Shown here: positions 1-15,218 of the stretch, one piece after another
How positions within the stretch are numbered: position 1 is the first letter of the stretch
Layout of the letters: the number at the start of each line of letters is the position of its first letter
Assembly (NCBI GenBank): GCA_964106645.2
Contig: OZ067038.1
Reading direction: 5' to 3' (one strand)
Length of the DNA: 64,000 nt
Source of the DNA: Podarcis pityusensis
Lineage: Eukaryota
The notes under the pieces: model-generated
What the model was told of the DNA's origin: nothing
Databases searched by the model: none
What the model saw: the letters and a program-made list of their open reading frames with translations, nothing else
Translations under genes and position numbers: made by a program

Positions 1-1
1 C

Positions 2-209
2 CTTCCACTGTTAATTCTACTGTCACCTGACGAACGCCACCAGCATTCCGGGCCTCACAGGTGTATGGCCCACCATCTTCCTCCTGCACCCCTTTTATAA
101 TTAAGCTGAAAAGCCCTCGAATGCTACGGTCCACTACACAGCGCTCTCCCTCTGTCAGAAGTTGCCCATTCTTGTACCATGTGACTTGGGGTTCTGGGAT
201 GCCTCTGAC
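2..209 (-). CDS. MYLK: MYLK second coding exon (208 nt), C-terminal part of Ig-like domain 1
   Basis: Manual reverse-strand translation gives VRGIPEPQVTWYKNGQLLTEGERCVVDRSIRGLFSLIIKGVQEEDGGPYTCEARNAGGVRQVTVELTVE(G), matching vertebrate MYLK Ig1 (VRGYPEPQVTW...YTCEA.N..G.RQVTVELTVE). A pyrimidine-rich acceptor ...tctttctag lies at 210-211. It joins in frame (phase 0) to the exon at 15219. Position 1 is the presumed first base of the donor. Confidence 0.95.
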
Positions 210-879
210 CTAGAAAGATTGGGTGCAGAAAGATTGGGGGTGGTGTGGGGAGTGAGAAGGGGGGGGAGAGAGAAACAAACACAGAAGGTGACTTTATCTG
301 GAAGAAATGCAGAACACTTCATAAGCCAGTGGAAAGTATTTTCTAAAGCCATATCTGTTAAACACATACAAACTGTTTTGAGCCAAATGGCAAAAACCTG
401 AAGAAAAAGAAAAGAAACTATTGGGTGCATCCAGCAGGCAGCTACCCAGACAAAGCTTTTTTCTGTCTTTTGAAATTTTAAAGCCAGAAATGAGAAATTC
501 TGAGAAGCAGAATCATGAGCCAAAATTATTAGAGCATATTCTACTGTCAAACAGCTGTCTAGACTAACAGATTTATTGTAGCATGACATTTGCAAGCCTC
601 ATTATCAGATGCATTCACTATGAGAGGCATTTAGAAGAAGCAATGTTCATCAGCCTCTTTAGAAAGAGTCAAATACCACCCATGGAAAAATAAACCTGGT
701 TGTGTCTTTTGAGTGTTAAGTGTGCATGTGTAACACTGTGTGTGTGCAAAATTTGGTTAACATTTTATCACACATAAAAGCTGAACTTTCCCCAAAATGA
801 ATTTCATGAATATCCAAAAGTAGCTATTTCTCCCAATTTTGGGGGGCAAACACCTGAAGAAGTACTTATTTCCATACCA

Positions 880-1230
880 ACCTGTCCATGAATTAAGATC
901 TTCTGCTGAGGGTCTTCTCCAGGGTGTCGCCTTTATCTAAGCTACATTACTCAGTCACAAAGGAGAAGACTTTTTCAACGGTTGCACTCTAGTTACAGAA
1001 TGCCCTCCTTAAAGAGAGTGCCTGATTTACATTTTGTTTTGCACGAAGCAAAAAACAAGTTGATTCATTCAGACATTTAAAAATTGTTGTTATTTCTATT
1101 TCTGCTTTGAATGAGCTTTATTTTCTGTTTTATTTCAGTCCATATTATGATACACATTTTGATTGTTACACTTCCTTAAAATCCAAATAGGATACAAGAC
1201 ATAAGTATTTTATACAAAATAATAAATCCA
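880..1230 (+). mobile_element. Degenerate L2 LINE 3' fragment
   Basis: Resembles the L2 3' end (ctttttcaacggttgcactc...gaatgccctcc) followed by a T-rich stretch and an aataaat tail. Boundaries approximate. Confidence 0.4.
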
Positions 1231-3671
1231 ACATTTACATTCCGAATGACAACATTCAGAATTTCAAATATTCACTGGACCATATATTTCGTTCCAACAG
1301 AATAAATCAAGAGGAGTGCCTAACATTCTTAACTAGAGCTGAAAACTGTAAATTTAGTTAAGCAATCAGTAAGGTTGGAAGTTAGTGGAACATCTGATTT
1401 TTTAACGCACTTTTTCTCCTGCATGTTGCTATTCAATTTCTAAACAGCAGATACCCCTTAATAATGTGAAGATGTGGAACTGTCACCATCAAGACCATGC
1501 AAAGTTACCTACTGACCAGTGTCAATGGGTCATCATGGCATTTTATCAAGCAATTCTTCAACCAGCAGATTTAGCCTGGGAAATTATACAAGCTTATCAC
1601 ATGTAGTCCAGGAAATGATATAAACTTTTCACATATAGTCCATCGCACTCAATGCATTTACACAGTTATTTTGAGCTACGACATAAACAGGATAAAAAAA
1701 ATTATTCACCAGGTGGTGTCCTTGGCAGTTACAAAGTTCTCACAAAGTAACAAATACCAACACCAATTAACAATACGTTGTTCCCCACAATAAACAAATA
1801 TGGTGTGTGTGTTTTAATTTCATTTATTGTAAAGAAAACTGAAAAGAACACACAAAAAATCAACTGGAAGGAGGAGTCAAAAAAAGGGTTCCAGGGCTGT
1901 CCATGGTAGAAAACAGCTAACATGGGAATGCATCTGTAAATGGGGATGCAGTACATTTGAAGCATGAGCAGCGATCCTCATGGAGAAGTTTCCACAGAAT
2001 GTTAAACTCCAAGGACAAGCATAACAATACAATGTCCAGCTGCAGTCTTAGCTATTTCCTTCTGCAACTAGGGGAAAATACTATACTATAACAATAATCT
2101 TTGTGAAGACTGGCAAACATTCCTCACACCATAGGAAGGGTGGAGCAGACCTACAATGATCTGGTAATCCACTAGAAGGTAACAACCCAGAATTAGGAAT
2201 CACTGTCCTCTCCTCTGCTAATTTACTAATGAGAAACTTAGCTTCCTGATGTTCACACAAGCAATCACGCAGTTTATCATCATCTGGTGTAAAATAAAAG
2301 AAAACTAAAGATTTTCTGAAGTGGCAGTTAACAGCAGACTGAATGAACTAAGGCATAACTCAGGTTTCTCTGGCACTGCCATTGGTATTAATCTAATAAT
2401 GTCACAATAAAGCAGATCCAAGCATATTCTCTAGATTACAGCGTGTCAAAAGCAGTGAGGGGTTTGGATAAAAGCAGGCACCAATGTCAGAAGTGCTTGC
2501 AGGAGAAGGAATTGATTTAACAAAACAAATAGATGGTAGATTCCTCCCTGGAAAATATTATAATCTCTTCCTATCATCCAGTCCAATTTCAAATAACACA
2601 GGCCACAAAGTATTGCGCCTTTCTCCTTCTGGATGCTATACCAAATTATTAGTTTTCCCTCATGATAGAACATATCACTCTAATTTCCCTTAGCTCCAAT
2701 TGGACCATACTATGTCATTCCTATCCAATTCTTCACTTACGGTTAGTTTCACAGGCTTCTTTGACCATCTTTTGGCTCTCCCTCATACATAAGCTACATT
2801 TCAATTTTTTCCATGTGTTTTTATTTTGCAAACATCAAGCCTCCAATTTGAGGAATAACAGCAGGAGGGGCACATGCATCCAAAAGGATGAGAGAGTTCT
2901 TCCTAAGAAAATCAGAGAGAGGCTGATTGATGCACAAAGGGCTTCGTTTTTGTGAGCTTCGTTAGCCCACACTGCCTTGCAGCTGCATCAGTTGATACAG
3001 TACTTGGGGGGGAAAGGAGAATAAGGAGAAGCAGCAAGTGGCGAATTATTCTGTTTGTGAGGATTTACATTTCAAGCTAGAGTTTGAAACACATTTCATA
3101 TGGAACTAACCCCTGCACTGAAAAGATGTATTCCTGCCATAAAAATGTCTGGCGATTCTAAAACAAGCTGCCAGTTACCTCAGTTTGATGCCGATGGTGG
3201 ACCAATTCCAGAACTGCAGCAGGTTTTTCTATAAATAAAAAAATTATTTTTCTGGTAACTCTTTCAGGCTCTGCAGAAACATCTGCATTTAATAACACAT
3301 CCACAATGGGTGAGGACTTATCCACTTATCTAATGCTCTGCAGCTTAAGGCTATAGCCCTTATTTATAGCCCTGTCTACTCCTTACAAGGGCCCTACAGA
3401 TTCCTAAGAGTAAAGGGGTGGAGGATTGCTTTCACCCAAAAGAAAGGAACAAAGATTGAAATGCAGCTTACTTCCAAGTAAGGACCAATTCACATTGCAT
3501 GCTGATTGTCTAACCTGTCTCCACTAGTAAGTGCGGTAAGGCCCTATGTGTGTAAACACATAATGCGTATGTGACAGGGACTGAGTTATAGCCAACTGCA
3601 GCGTCCCAATTGTATGGACTCTTGCGTTTTAACTGTTGTAGCCTGCTCTGGGACCTTAATAAATTGTAGTA

Positions 3672-3897
3672 CAGTGGTACCTCAGGTTACATACGCTTCA
3701 GGTTACAGACTCTACTAACCCAGAAATATTGCTTCAGGTTAAGAACTTTGCTTCAGGATGAGATCAGAAATCGTGCTTCAGCGGCACGGCGGCAGCAGCA
3801 GGCCCCATTAGCTAAAGTGGTGCTTCAGGTTAAGAACAGTTTCAGGTTAAGAACGGACCTCCGGAATGAATTAAGTACTTAACCTGAGGTACCACTG
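3672..3897. mobile_element. Tc1/mariner (Tigger/pogo-like) MITE, 226 bp
   Basis: TIRs CAGTGGTACCTCAGGTTA / TAACCTGAGGTACCACTG, flanked by TA on both sides. A closely similar copy lies at 19097. Confidence 0.9.
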
Positions 3898-6800
3898 TAA
3901 TATTAATAGGTTTACAGATACTCATATCCTTTTTGGTATTAAGGGGTTCAGCAGGAAACACATTGTGGATATGTAGAACATCCAGCCAGCCACGTAATGT
4001 CTGAATTGGCCCTGAATTCAGTGAGCATTGGAAACTTGAGTGAAAGTTCCACAGAACATTAAAAAGTCCCCTCAAAAAGCTACTAGGGCTTTCTATGAAT
4101 ATTTTGCAACTGTTCTTTCTTCTTCAATAAATGACAGCATCAATGCCTTGGTTTGTACAGACTTCAGATAATGGAAGAATCTTGATATATTTTCAACCCA
4201 CATCCACAACAAACTGTTTCTGGTCTAACCTGAAACCAGAAGTAGACTAAACACATATAAGCTAGTTACAATATTTCAAGACCTATTTAAATGACATAGA
4301 CCTTGAACTCCTGCAGTGAATTTCTGCTCAGAAGCCCAATGAAGAGTAACAAGACATGCTGTACCATTACCAGTACAACATGCAATGTCATAAGAAGGTG
4401 AGTTTCTTCCATTCTGAACACCATGATCCTTTTTATTACCCTTCTCAAGCTCTAATCAAGAACGAGTTTCCAAAGGTTTACAAAATATATATCCCCAAGT
4501 GCATGAGAGTTTTTGTCTTGCTTGCAATGCTGACTTTATAATCACATGGTTACACTAAAAAATTCAGTTGTCAACCCTTTTAAGGACTGCTTTTATTGGC
4601 ATTTTAATGAATATCTTGTATCATTTTGTGTAAGCTGCTTATATTTTTTATGAAGCTACATATTAATAACGATAAATAAAGAAATCTACCATGGATATAA
4701 ACTTAATCTTTAGAGGCAGTGTCCCAGATGACACGTGAATTGCCTCTAACCTATTGTGGTTTTCAGTTCTTGGAATTTCCTACCTTAACCCATGAATCTG
4801 AAAACTTGCCCAATTGGGACTAGTAACACCTAGGACTCTTCTTACAAAATAATAAATGTCTTCATTCAATAGTTATGTTCATTGCTCAATGTTTGGAAAC
4901 CACACAAATTATTGCAAACACACACTGTCATCAACGAGTCTTAAGTAGCCATTAAAGTTTTCAATCAAATTCCAAATTCAATATGACACCAGAAATGGCA
5001 CACAATAAAATCACAGCATGCTTGATAGCAGCAAAATATGGTAAAGGGCTATTTACCTATGTTCTAACATGGCTCCCAGTGCTTAACAATGCCTGGTCTA
5101 GAATCCTAGATGGCTTAGATTAACATCATCATTCAACTCAAAAGGGGAATTAACTCTATCTCATTCAAAATCATCCATGCATTGAAAGAGAGAGGATCAA
5201 ATGCATGCTTCAACTTGCAGCATAAGCTGTCATATTTTGTCTCAACATCTGGCATTGCTTAAGTTTCTTATTCCATATGTAAGCAGTGCTAATAAATCAC
5301 TGCTTTGGGAGTTCACATTTGAAGAATGCCACTACAGTACTGAGATCTTCCCCCAAGCAATCCAAAGTAGCAGAGGAAAAATTTCAGCAATGTCTTTAAC
5401 AAAAGCCCTCAAAATCAGAACATTATTGAATTATTAGTCAACACTGTATCTAAGTAGCCTGACTCTACCTCATCTTTAACTGTGTGCTTTAGGACTTCAT
5501 CCCATGGAACTCTTAGCTCTGTTTCCCTTTCATTGCAAATGGAAGTAAATTTTGCTGCACTGATTTATCCATCTATTTTAGGTAATGAGTCCATAGGCTA
5601 GGAACAGTCATGGAAAACAGATCTATTAGCCACAATGGCTATTTGGAACACCCATGTTTAGGGGTTGCTTGTCTGAAACCTGAAAGAACAAGCTCAGGAG
5701 GCATACCTTTGCCACCACAACTCTTACTGGCAGCCACTATCTCACCCAACCCACCCAGCCCCTGAATGATGACATGGGTACACAGAAATCTTTCTAACAG
5801 AAACACCATATCATCATGTAGTGTCACCCTGATGAACCTTTAGAGGAACAAATGGCAGCTGTTTGTGGAGGGATGTCTCCCATTTCACCGCCCACAGGTG
5901 GAGCAGCAAAGTAGGAGGGCATTTCATCTCAATCATAACTCATAAACAATATTTTTAACAATTTAGATTTTAAAACCATGGGCCTTAAGTATTTTTTTAA
6001 AAAACCCACAGATCATATATTTTAAAAAGTTTTCAACCACCATCTAAAAATGCAACTGATTTTCAAATCAGCCATCAAGAAGGCTCTGCCTCTTGTTGCT
6101 CCCGGCCTGATCACACAATAGAACAAAAACCATAGCCTTCAATGGCAATCAGGAAGGCTAGTCAGGCCAGGTCACAATTTGTGTACTTATCAAAACATAA
6201 TTGCTCTGAAATATGCTTAGGGGCAATGCATTACCCAGAAGAGCCCTCTGCTAAAAACCTTAGTCTACCCACAGGGAGTCTGGCTAGTTCCACTGCAGGA
6301 AACAGAGACAGGACAAACTCTCTGGGATAGCCTCAAATGACTTTTATAATCTTAATTACTGGTCCCCTCGTGCTCTATTTTACCTGGCTCATCTACTGCA
6401 GTACCTTATTCAAGTAACTTAATGTGAAGGGAACATCCTATGCTCTCACCTCATGGCTTTTCACTCTCATCTCATATAAAGTAACAGAAACTCCACATCA
6501 TTAACTAAGGTAACAGATGAATGAACTGACAAAATGCAGGAGAATGGCAACAGCAGAGGAAAAATAGGTCTGTTTGGAAAGCCCCTGAAGCCAAAGCAAT
6601 GAACCACCACTGTGGAAGCTGTGGCTTTTCCAATAAATACAAAAATTACTCCAAGGATGAGTGGAGAAGCTCCAACTAAGCCAACATTTATAGTACTCCC
6701 AACAGTGAAGTATTTATGAGCTATCTACAAAAGACATGGTCTGTTAGCAGAAAAGCAGACAGCAGCTGCAAATCATATTGTTGACAATCATCTTATTGTT

Positions 6801-8299
6801 TTGCAGGTTTCCTTACAAGAAACTGGTAGGGCTCTTGCACAAAAGTTGATTCTACCATTAGTCACCATGGCACATTAATCTGAACACAGCAAAAACATCT
6901 ATTCCAGTATTCTATTAAAAGTGGCTGCACATGCTTTGAATTGTTTGTCCTAAGACAAAACGACATTTTAGAACTATAGTACTTTTCTGTCCTCGCAAAT
7001 AAAGGAGACAGCAAAAATGTTCCGGAAAATGTATGCATAGGATCATAATTACAATGGAGTTAGCTGGAGATTTGGAATTGGTGTAATCCAGATTCTCTTA
7101 TATTATTCAGCAATTAGAAAGAGATTCTTAACAAATGGTAAGTATGTACAAGAAAACATAGCTATGATGATCGGCAAAGCTCAAGTCTCCAAACAAGTGC
7201 TGCTTCTGACATCCTTTTCCTGTTCACAATTAGCTTTGCTCCATTGTTCTCTATATTGTCTTCCAGGTACACAATCCCACTTTCCATTGCCAACATCATC
7301 TCATCCAACACCTTCCTTAGGCTTTCATCACCTTTCTTTTCTTGCCTTCTTTACTTGGCTCAGCAGCTGACCCTACCACAGATGCATTTGCCTTGGCCAC
7401 TCCTTCCTCCACACTTCAATTTTCTACTTCCTACTTCCTCCAACTTTCCTCCCCTGGCTGCTTTACAGTCAGCTATTGGTTGCATACAAATACAATAAAA
7501 ATACAATACATTGGCCACAATGCTTGTCTGGGCTTTGCCTCAGAGGAGGATGCACCCAATGGTTTCAGGGCCCAAAGTCATGTGTCATCACCGCATGCAA
7601 GTAGGAGTCAGATGTGATATATTGACTCAACTAAATATACAGTATTACATAAGTGCTATTTAGCAAAACTGGAATGAATATGCATGAATAGATGTGTGGG
7701 ATTCCACTAATGAGTCCCATCAGAAGCCCTGCCCCAGGACGTCTGCTTGCACTACTGTCTTCCCGTTTCCTTCTGCGAAAAGTTATCTTGGGTGGTTCCA
7801 GAGAACCCCCAGAGCAGCACACAGGGGACGGAGAGGAGGGATCGTTCCATTTGGCAAACCCAAATGCTTGCCCTGATGGAAAGATCACCATATTGCAATG
7901 CTGAATTAGTCTCAAATAAGGATAGCAACATCAAGATGTTGAGGTGTAGCTAACTAAGCTTCCACTATGTATATTTAGAGATTAGGCTGGAACACCTTGA
8001 GATGGAAAAATATTCAAATTAAGTCCTTAACTGTGCAAACGTTTCATCTGCACTTGCATACCACCAATGTGTCAGTGCCAATTTAAGACATACACATGTA
8101 ACCCTAAACCTGCATATGGAACAAAGATCTGTGAATTTGTACAGAGGTTAACTGTACAGATTGCACACTTGCAATCCTTCAACTTCAAGGAACACATGCC
8201 TTTTCCATCCTGGTTATACCTCTGCTGCAACTTGTCGTTGCTGCTGGGAATGCCTAATTCCCTGTCCATCTAATGCAACTAATGTTGTGATTAGATAGG

Positions 8300-8510
8300 T
8301 GAGCCAAGTTTGTTTACTGAACCAGGAAGATCTAGGATCAAATGCCTGCTTTGTCATGAAGCTCACTGGGTAATCTTGGGCAAGTCACCATTACCTCAAC
8401 CTAACTTACCTCACAGGCTATAATGAAGTTAAAATGAGATACTCTCCCCAGGCACGTCAACTTGTCTGCTTGCTGGAAAAATAGGGTACAAATCTGATAA
8501 AAGAAATAAA
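8300..8510 (+). mobile_element. Old MIR/Ther1-derived (Squam3A-like) SINE
   Basis: CORE-like catgaagctcactgggtaatcttgggcaagtcac...cctaacttacctcacagg with an A-rich tail. Confidence 0.55.
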
Positions 8511-10269
8511 TCTTGCTGTTCAATGTCACTACTGATGTAAGACAACTCATGACACTCCACTTGAGAGGTGTGCAGTTTTAGATATTAAAGCACTCAGGTA
8601 CCACTTTAAAAATACTTCTCATACAATTGTGCCCTGCAAATTAAAAACACTTGTTTTATTTTATATGGAAGGGCAAAAAGTTTCAATTTCCTGAAACAGA
8701 AGGCAAATAAGAGAAATCCTATTTTTTCCAAAGGTGTATAGGATCTTTTTACCTCTCATGTTATCACATTTCTACAGTTATCCTGCACAGTGATTGTTGT
8801 AGAATCAAGTGTTATATATAATATTAAAAGGCACAGGACTTCAATTGTTCCCAAATAGCGCTTGCTTGGTCTTTATCTCAGAATTGTGTCCCTTCAGAAT
8901 ACCAGATTTTTCAGAATTGAGTTGCAAGAAGGTTGTTGGAGGGAAATGCATTTCTTCATAATGGACACATAGATGCAAGACATTAAAAAACGCTCTTTGG
9001 TGTTTTTAGCACAAGTCTCAGACAGAATTATAGCAAAAGGTTACTTTTTAGTAAATTGTCATGATAAATCATTACGCTGCAGGCAACATCTATCTTCCTT
9101 TTTAAGCATTACAGAGCTCTCGGCAGTATGTCCTTTATTTATGCAATCCTTTGAACAGGTGGAACTTTTATACCCTCCTTTGACCAACCCTGAAAAGCAA
9201 GTAGGGCTGAGCAAAATCTGTGCCTATATTTCTGCAGCATTTCCCACTTTGTGTTTCCAGCTAGCTGCTGGATTCTCCCCCATTAAAAAGCAATTGTGCA
9301 AACTGTTGTGCAACATCACGTGATACCAGGTCATGAGAGTTGTTGACTAGCTATGTCAATTGTCTATGGGAACACATATTGGAATACTTTGCCCATTCAG
9401 AGAAGGGCAAAGCTGTCAGACATTAGACTAAGAATGCCTTTAACCAAAATTAACCTGTGAATTACTGGAGAATATATACCAGGCATTAGAAATTTATAAT
9501 GCTTAAATGTGGATGACAAAAATTGCATGCCTGCACTATCTCATGACATATTTAAATTTGTGAAATAAAATAGCATTAGTTCCAAGTGAAACTTGAGGAG
9601 CTGCCCAGGGCACCTGCAATTTTCCACACATATTTTCTATGAAATTTCTAAAAGAATGTTTGCAGGTTAGGTCCTTCAGTACAAGCTATTTCCAAGCATC
9701 AGCACAGCAAATAATCCAGGAACTACTTTCAGTGCTTATCAAATCAGTTCAGGAATCTGTCCGGAAAATTATGATATGCTCAAGTATTCATTTCAGGAAA
9801 AGCCTCTGGCACAGGAAGAGAGATTATTGAAAAACAACAGCAGGTTTGTGTTGCAAAACCCACTAGGACAAAAAAATAAATAAAAAATCACCAGAAGCAA
9901 CTCAAGAAAGAAACTAATAAGCTGTTCTGTTATGCTGTAAAATTGGGGTTCCTCTGTCCCTTTTCGGAATGGATAGTTTAATCACAATGTTCCTGTTGAA
10001 ATGTTGTTAGGTTTAAATTTTAAAAATATCTTTACTAAAGATCAAATAAATTTTGCAAGATTTCAAGCTTTACGAAGTTCTTCAGTAGGCATAAAGATCT
10101 TGAGCTCCTAGTGTAACATGGTGGCTAAGACTGCTATATGAATCGAAGGTTTCCCCAGTTAAATCTCATCTTGCCATGGACTCTGCTGGTGGCTTTTGAT
10201 AAGCTGTCATCTCTTAGTCTGTGACGTGAGGTTGGCAATTTAGTATTTACAGGCAGTTTAGTATTTACA

Positions 10270-10600
10270 GGCAACCCAGGGTATTTACAGGCAACTCTCA
10301 GGGTGGCTCAGAACAAGAAAGGTAATGTTTTACAACAATAAAAGCATGTATACAGCATTTGCAGTGCATAAAAACGACTTAAAGCTAAGACATAATAAAA
10401 GACCTAGGGAAATAAATAGGCCTTTGCCTGGAACCAAATAACAGCAAGATTCACACCAATGATCCTCTCTAGGGAGAGTATTCCACAGCCAGGGTGCCAT
10501 CACTGAAGTTATGCACCTCATAGCCACCTGCTGCATCGCAACCAATGAGGGTGCATATTGAAGAGTCGTCCAAAGAGGGGCTGTTATTGTACAATCAGGG
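10270..10600 (-). mobile_element. L2 LINE 3' fragment
   Basis: The minus-strand ORF 10330-10545 contains SVMAPWLWNTLP, resembling the L2/CR1-clade C-terminal FSVAAP.LWN.LP motif. Confidence 0.6.
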
Positions 10601-12769
10601 TTCTCTGCCTATGTAGCTACTAAAACAAACTACAGATCACGCCTCAATGCAGAGCCAGATATTTGGTTGCAGCTGTCCCAAATTTAACCAGTGATAGCCA
10701 CATTGTGCAAATCAAAACAGTCCCATACCACTCATTAGAATCTAAGTTCCCAAGCTATACTTTATCGTTCTTTTTCGATGCCAGGTGACATTTTTGGTTT
10801 TGCAACTGTAAAAAAAAGTTCTAACTAGCATATGTATGTATGTATGTATGTAATATACTGTTGACTTACAATACCTGCTTTGAATTTGTTCTCAAATGTT
10901 TTGCCTTACTCTATGTTTTTTTGTTATTGTTTTTTGCTTACATAGTTAAGTAAGTTCTCTGAAATTAGTGGGGAAAGTAGCATTTTGAATGAAGTGAAAC
11001 TTGATGTTTAACATGCCCAAATGCTTAAAAGTACCCTCCATCATCAATACTACTGTCATTCGGTTCAGTGCCTATGTAGGTGCTAGGTGAAAATATTGTC
11101 CTTATGCCAGAGATATGTATGTGCTGTTTTGAGAAAACAGTATTTAACTTCCATTTTTAATGACTTTCAATGGGGGAAAATAAGTTTGGATCAAAATTTT
11201 GCTATATGATAAAACATCAACTAACAACTCCGTGACTTTAAAAGTTTGGGAAATGCTGTTGTACACAGGTTGCATTTAAATCACAGCTGAAGCATGTCTT
11301 CTCTCAAAGTGTTTAGTGGGTCCCTATAGAGGACCTGCTATAAGCCTGTGCCATAATACTGGTTCTCTTGCAACATCTGTTGGTGTCCTATAAGAACATT
11401 AAGGTGAGGATTGCAGTATGTTTTAAGTGCACTGAGAAATCATTTATCGGTACTAGTGGCTTCTGGTAACCCAGCTTTTTGCATTTGTGCAGCCCAGACA
11501 GGCACACTACTTATTTGACAGCAAGGGCTATATACCAGATTTTGTACTCATTAGAATTTTTCTGTTTTTCCTATGCAGGAATCAAAAACGTCTCACAGTT
11601 GCATAAATGAGACAATGGTTCCTTAAAGTACCCCCTCTCCAGAAAATTATAATTAAACTAAGCAAACTAATAAATAAATGAATGCCGAATGAATTTTAGA
11701 CTGGAAAAAAGAACCATGTTCATCATCTTCATACCTTCTCATACAGCCAGGCTACTGTTTTTCTCCTGAGACATGGCAGAGACAACATGCAGCCCTAATA
11801 TCAGGCACAGGTTCAGAGCAGTGTAAGGTTTCCCATTTCCTGATACACTTCAAAAGAATGCCTGTATTGCAAAGATAGCTTTGTTCTGGTTAGCATCAAG
11901 TTCTCAACAGCCTACTGATTTAGAGGGAGTTAAAGCTATCAGCCATGCCAGAGAGCACAAACATAGATCAGCATGCCTCTATTTCCAATGTTCAGCTGCG
12001 TGTGCTGTTGTTTGTGTAGCCAACAAAACACAACCCACAAGCAAGAAGAAGGTACCGTCAAGCTTCAGGGCACATCAAGGTTTTCAAAAGTACAAAAACC
12101 TTTAGGAAAAATAGCTAATAGTGATCTCACTTCGCCAAGTGGTGATGACTGGGAACAGAACACCGATGGATCATTAAGGGAGAAAATAGAAAGCTTTGTA
12201 GCAGGCTGCACTTGTAAATTCTAAAGACTGGTGCCTTTTCACAGGTCCATTCTAAAGCGATATTACACACACACACAAAATTTTCTTCTGCTGATTTAAA
12301 GACTCTTCCAAAATGCTTTACCTGGAATATAGTCAGACCCAGCTCTCGCTTCTAGACACTATGGACTAGTGGTCATTTTTTTGGCTCCTCCCCCCCCCCC
12401 CCCAGTACTTCCCTTGAAACTACAAAGTTTAAATTTCTCTTTCCTTGGACAGAATGCACATTGTTTATACAGTAATCTTTTAAAAATCCACTAGAGTTGT
12501 AATTTCTATTGGGAATTGGTCTGCTGCCCACTCAAAGCTGGAAACAAGCAGTCAGATTTTTTTTTATTTTTATTTTTATTTTTTTTTGAGATGTATGCAA
12601 CCAGTCCTTTTAAAAAGTACCTGTCATTGTGAGGTAGCTGAACCAGTAAAACAGTGGCTAGCTGGCATCCCTACATGCACACCTTCACATTTATTTAATG
12701 CTCCTTCCTTATTTCTGCTTTTATAAAGCCAAACTTATTACTGGCAACAGTAGTTTAAAGAAGATGATA

Positions 12770-13021
12770 CAGTGGTACCTTGGTTTAAGAACAGCTTAGT
12801 TTATGAACAACTTGGATTAAGAATGCTGCAAACCCGGAAGTAGGTGTTTTGGTTCGTGAACTTTGCCTTGGAGGCAGAACATGTTCCGTTTCCTGTTGAG
12901 TGTTTTCCATTTGTAAACTGAGTCCCCCGCTGCTATGGGAAAGCACACCTTGGTTTAAGAACACTTTGGTTTAAGAACGGACTTCCGGAACGGATTAAGT
13001 TTGTAAACCAAGGTACCACTG
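12770..13021. mobile_element. Tc1/mariner MITE, 252 bp (related subfamily)
   Basis: TIRs CAGTGGTACCTTGGTTTA / TAAACCAAGGTACCACTG with TA target duplication. Confidence 0.9.
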
Positions 13022-15218
13022 TACTGGACTTCCATAAGGCAACTTACCATGGTTCTGTCATCTAAAATATCAGCAATAAGAATTTCCCAATATCAAGGAA
13101 GCAGACGGGCCATAGCTAAAAACCTTGTGTCTCTTGTGGAAGTCATTTTTGCACTTTCATATGCACTGATCTAATTTGTATGTAACACTAAACTGTGGTT
13201 TAGCATTACATGCATGAGCCTCAGGGTCATGAGCTCCCCCCTTCCTTATTCTGCACAGTTACAAAGAGCTCAGAAGCATATTATTATGATTTATTAAATT
13301 TCTATACTGCCCTGCATCCTAGGATCACAGGGCGGTTTACAATATAGAAACACAAAAATAACATAGGAACAAATGAAAACAGTAACTCCCCCCCCCCCAG
13401 GGGCCAGGATTTAGGGAGAGACAACATCATGTTCTACATGGAATAACACAAAACATTTCCTTTTATTGTTAGTAAATTCATAGAGAAATTTCTTAAAGAA
13501 AAAAAAGACACACTACACATCTTGCTTTAAAAAGAAACTATCCATGTTATCAGAAAGATTGTAGGTTTTTGCTTTTTTAAAAAAGATATACAGTATTTTG
13601 TTCTTCACCTCTACTTCAGTTGCCCTGGATTTATGAGGTCACTTTCTTCTGCATTTTTCTTCTCTTTCAAGTTCTGCTTCCATGCAAATTATTTTGTCAT
13701 ATACTGTACACTGGGAAAAATAACAGAGATCTGATTCTGTGGGATTTTTATCATCAGGTTTTTTAAAATGAGAATATAAGATCTTTACAATATCAACTTT
13801 ATATCCTGCCTTGGAGTCTCAAAATGTTTGTTCTTTCTGATAACATAAATTCCAGTACGGAAGAGTTCTTTGAAGAAAATCTCCTGTCTAGCCATTTTTG
13901 TTTTAGCCCAAGTAGAGTTTAATATTTATATTGTGTGATTAAGCCAAGTATCAGTAACCATCCATCAAAGCATCTGCTCCTTATTTTTCTGATAGAAAAC
14001 TTTATATAGTTATAGGTACTGTAACAGCTGCACTTCGGTAAATGCTATCAATCAAATAAAAAACAAACTTGGTCAAATGTGGCAATCCCAAGTCAAAATC
14101 CCACCTTAGACATAGTCACACCTGGTCTTTCCATACAGGCAGAGTAAGCAAATAGCATACAGAGAGCAAGTTATGTTTTTTTAAAAATTCCCCATTCATG
14201 TGGTCCGCAGCCAGTTATTAAAAGGGACTTCTCTGTTGTTGCTGCTGCAATATTGAAAGAGATGTTGTTTTGAACAGCACATACACAATGTTATGTCTTG
14301 GACAATTTAGGATACAAAGGTGTGATTGCAAAACCTACTAAAACAAAAAAATCCAAAATGTAAAATAATGACTCCATCTGTACGTATCATGGAAAGGTTG
14401 TGTAACTTTTATGGGGAATATCATCAGTGGGAAAAGCTGCATTGCTAGTAGTTTCAGACAGGTATTTTAAAACAAATTTAAGTTGGCCTCTGATTAGCCA
14501 TGAAGTTCACTGGATGACACTGGACCAGCCACGGTCTGAACCTACATGTTTTCAGTCTACAAAAGAAGAGAATTAAACTTGTATAGTAGTAAATTACCCA
14601 TGATGACAAACCCTCATATGGCAAAATATGTTGGTACATATATTTCCGAAGAACAGGAATGCAAAGCATAATACTCAGTGTTGGGATCAGCTGATAGTCA
14701 CACGTGGGCAAACAGTAGTGTAGTAGTTATCACTCTGGACTCTAGCTAGGAATACCCTATCTGAGCCTAGCCTAACTCAAATGCTTATTACAGTGTAGGT
14801 GTAGGTAATGCACATTTGTGGATGCCACCTCGAGCTCAATGGAAGAAGGATGGGATACAAACGTAAATATTAAAGTACCATATAGTGAACAGCCTACTAT
14901 TTCACATACTGGTGGGGCTCATTTTGAGCTGCTCATAACAGATTGTAGACAATCGTATTATTTTTTACACATATATTTAATTCAAGGAAGAGACACCTTT
15001 AGGTCATTTCAGATTGTGCACCAAAGGCTCTTGCCAGGTAAATGATTAATTCAGAATGGCTGTTTTCCAATTTCTCAAGTGCACAACACTGGTGAATAGT
15101 ACTCCTGCTGAGTACTTTTTTCCTGCTGTGAACATGTCCCTCTATGTTCCTGAGTTCAACTTGGGATACTTTCTTGTCCCCCTTTGCCCCAAGCACCCAC
15201 CCAGAAAGCTTGCCTTAC

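Noticed and set aside
155-595. 146-aa minus-strand ORF overlapping the MYLK exon
   Set aside because: It is in a different frame from the MYLK exon and is mostly intron, including the polypyrimidine tract.
15156-15218. C-terminal tail of the 75-aa ORF (VRQAFWVGAWGK...)
   Set aside because: Read-through past the splice donor at 15218; the real continuation is the exon at 209..2.
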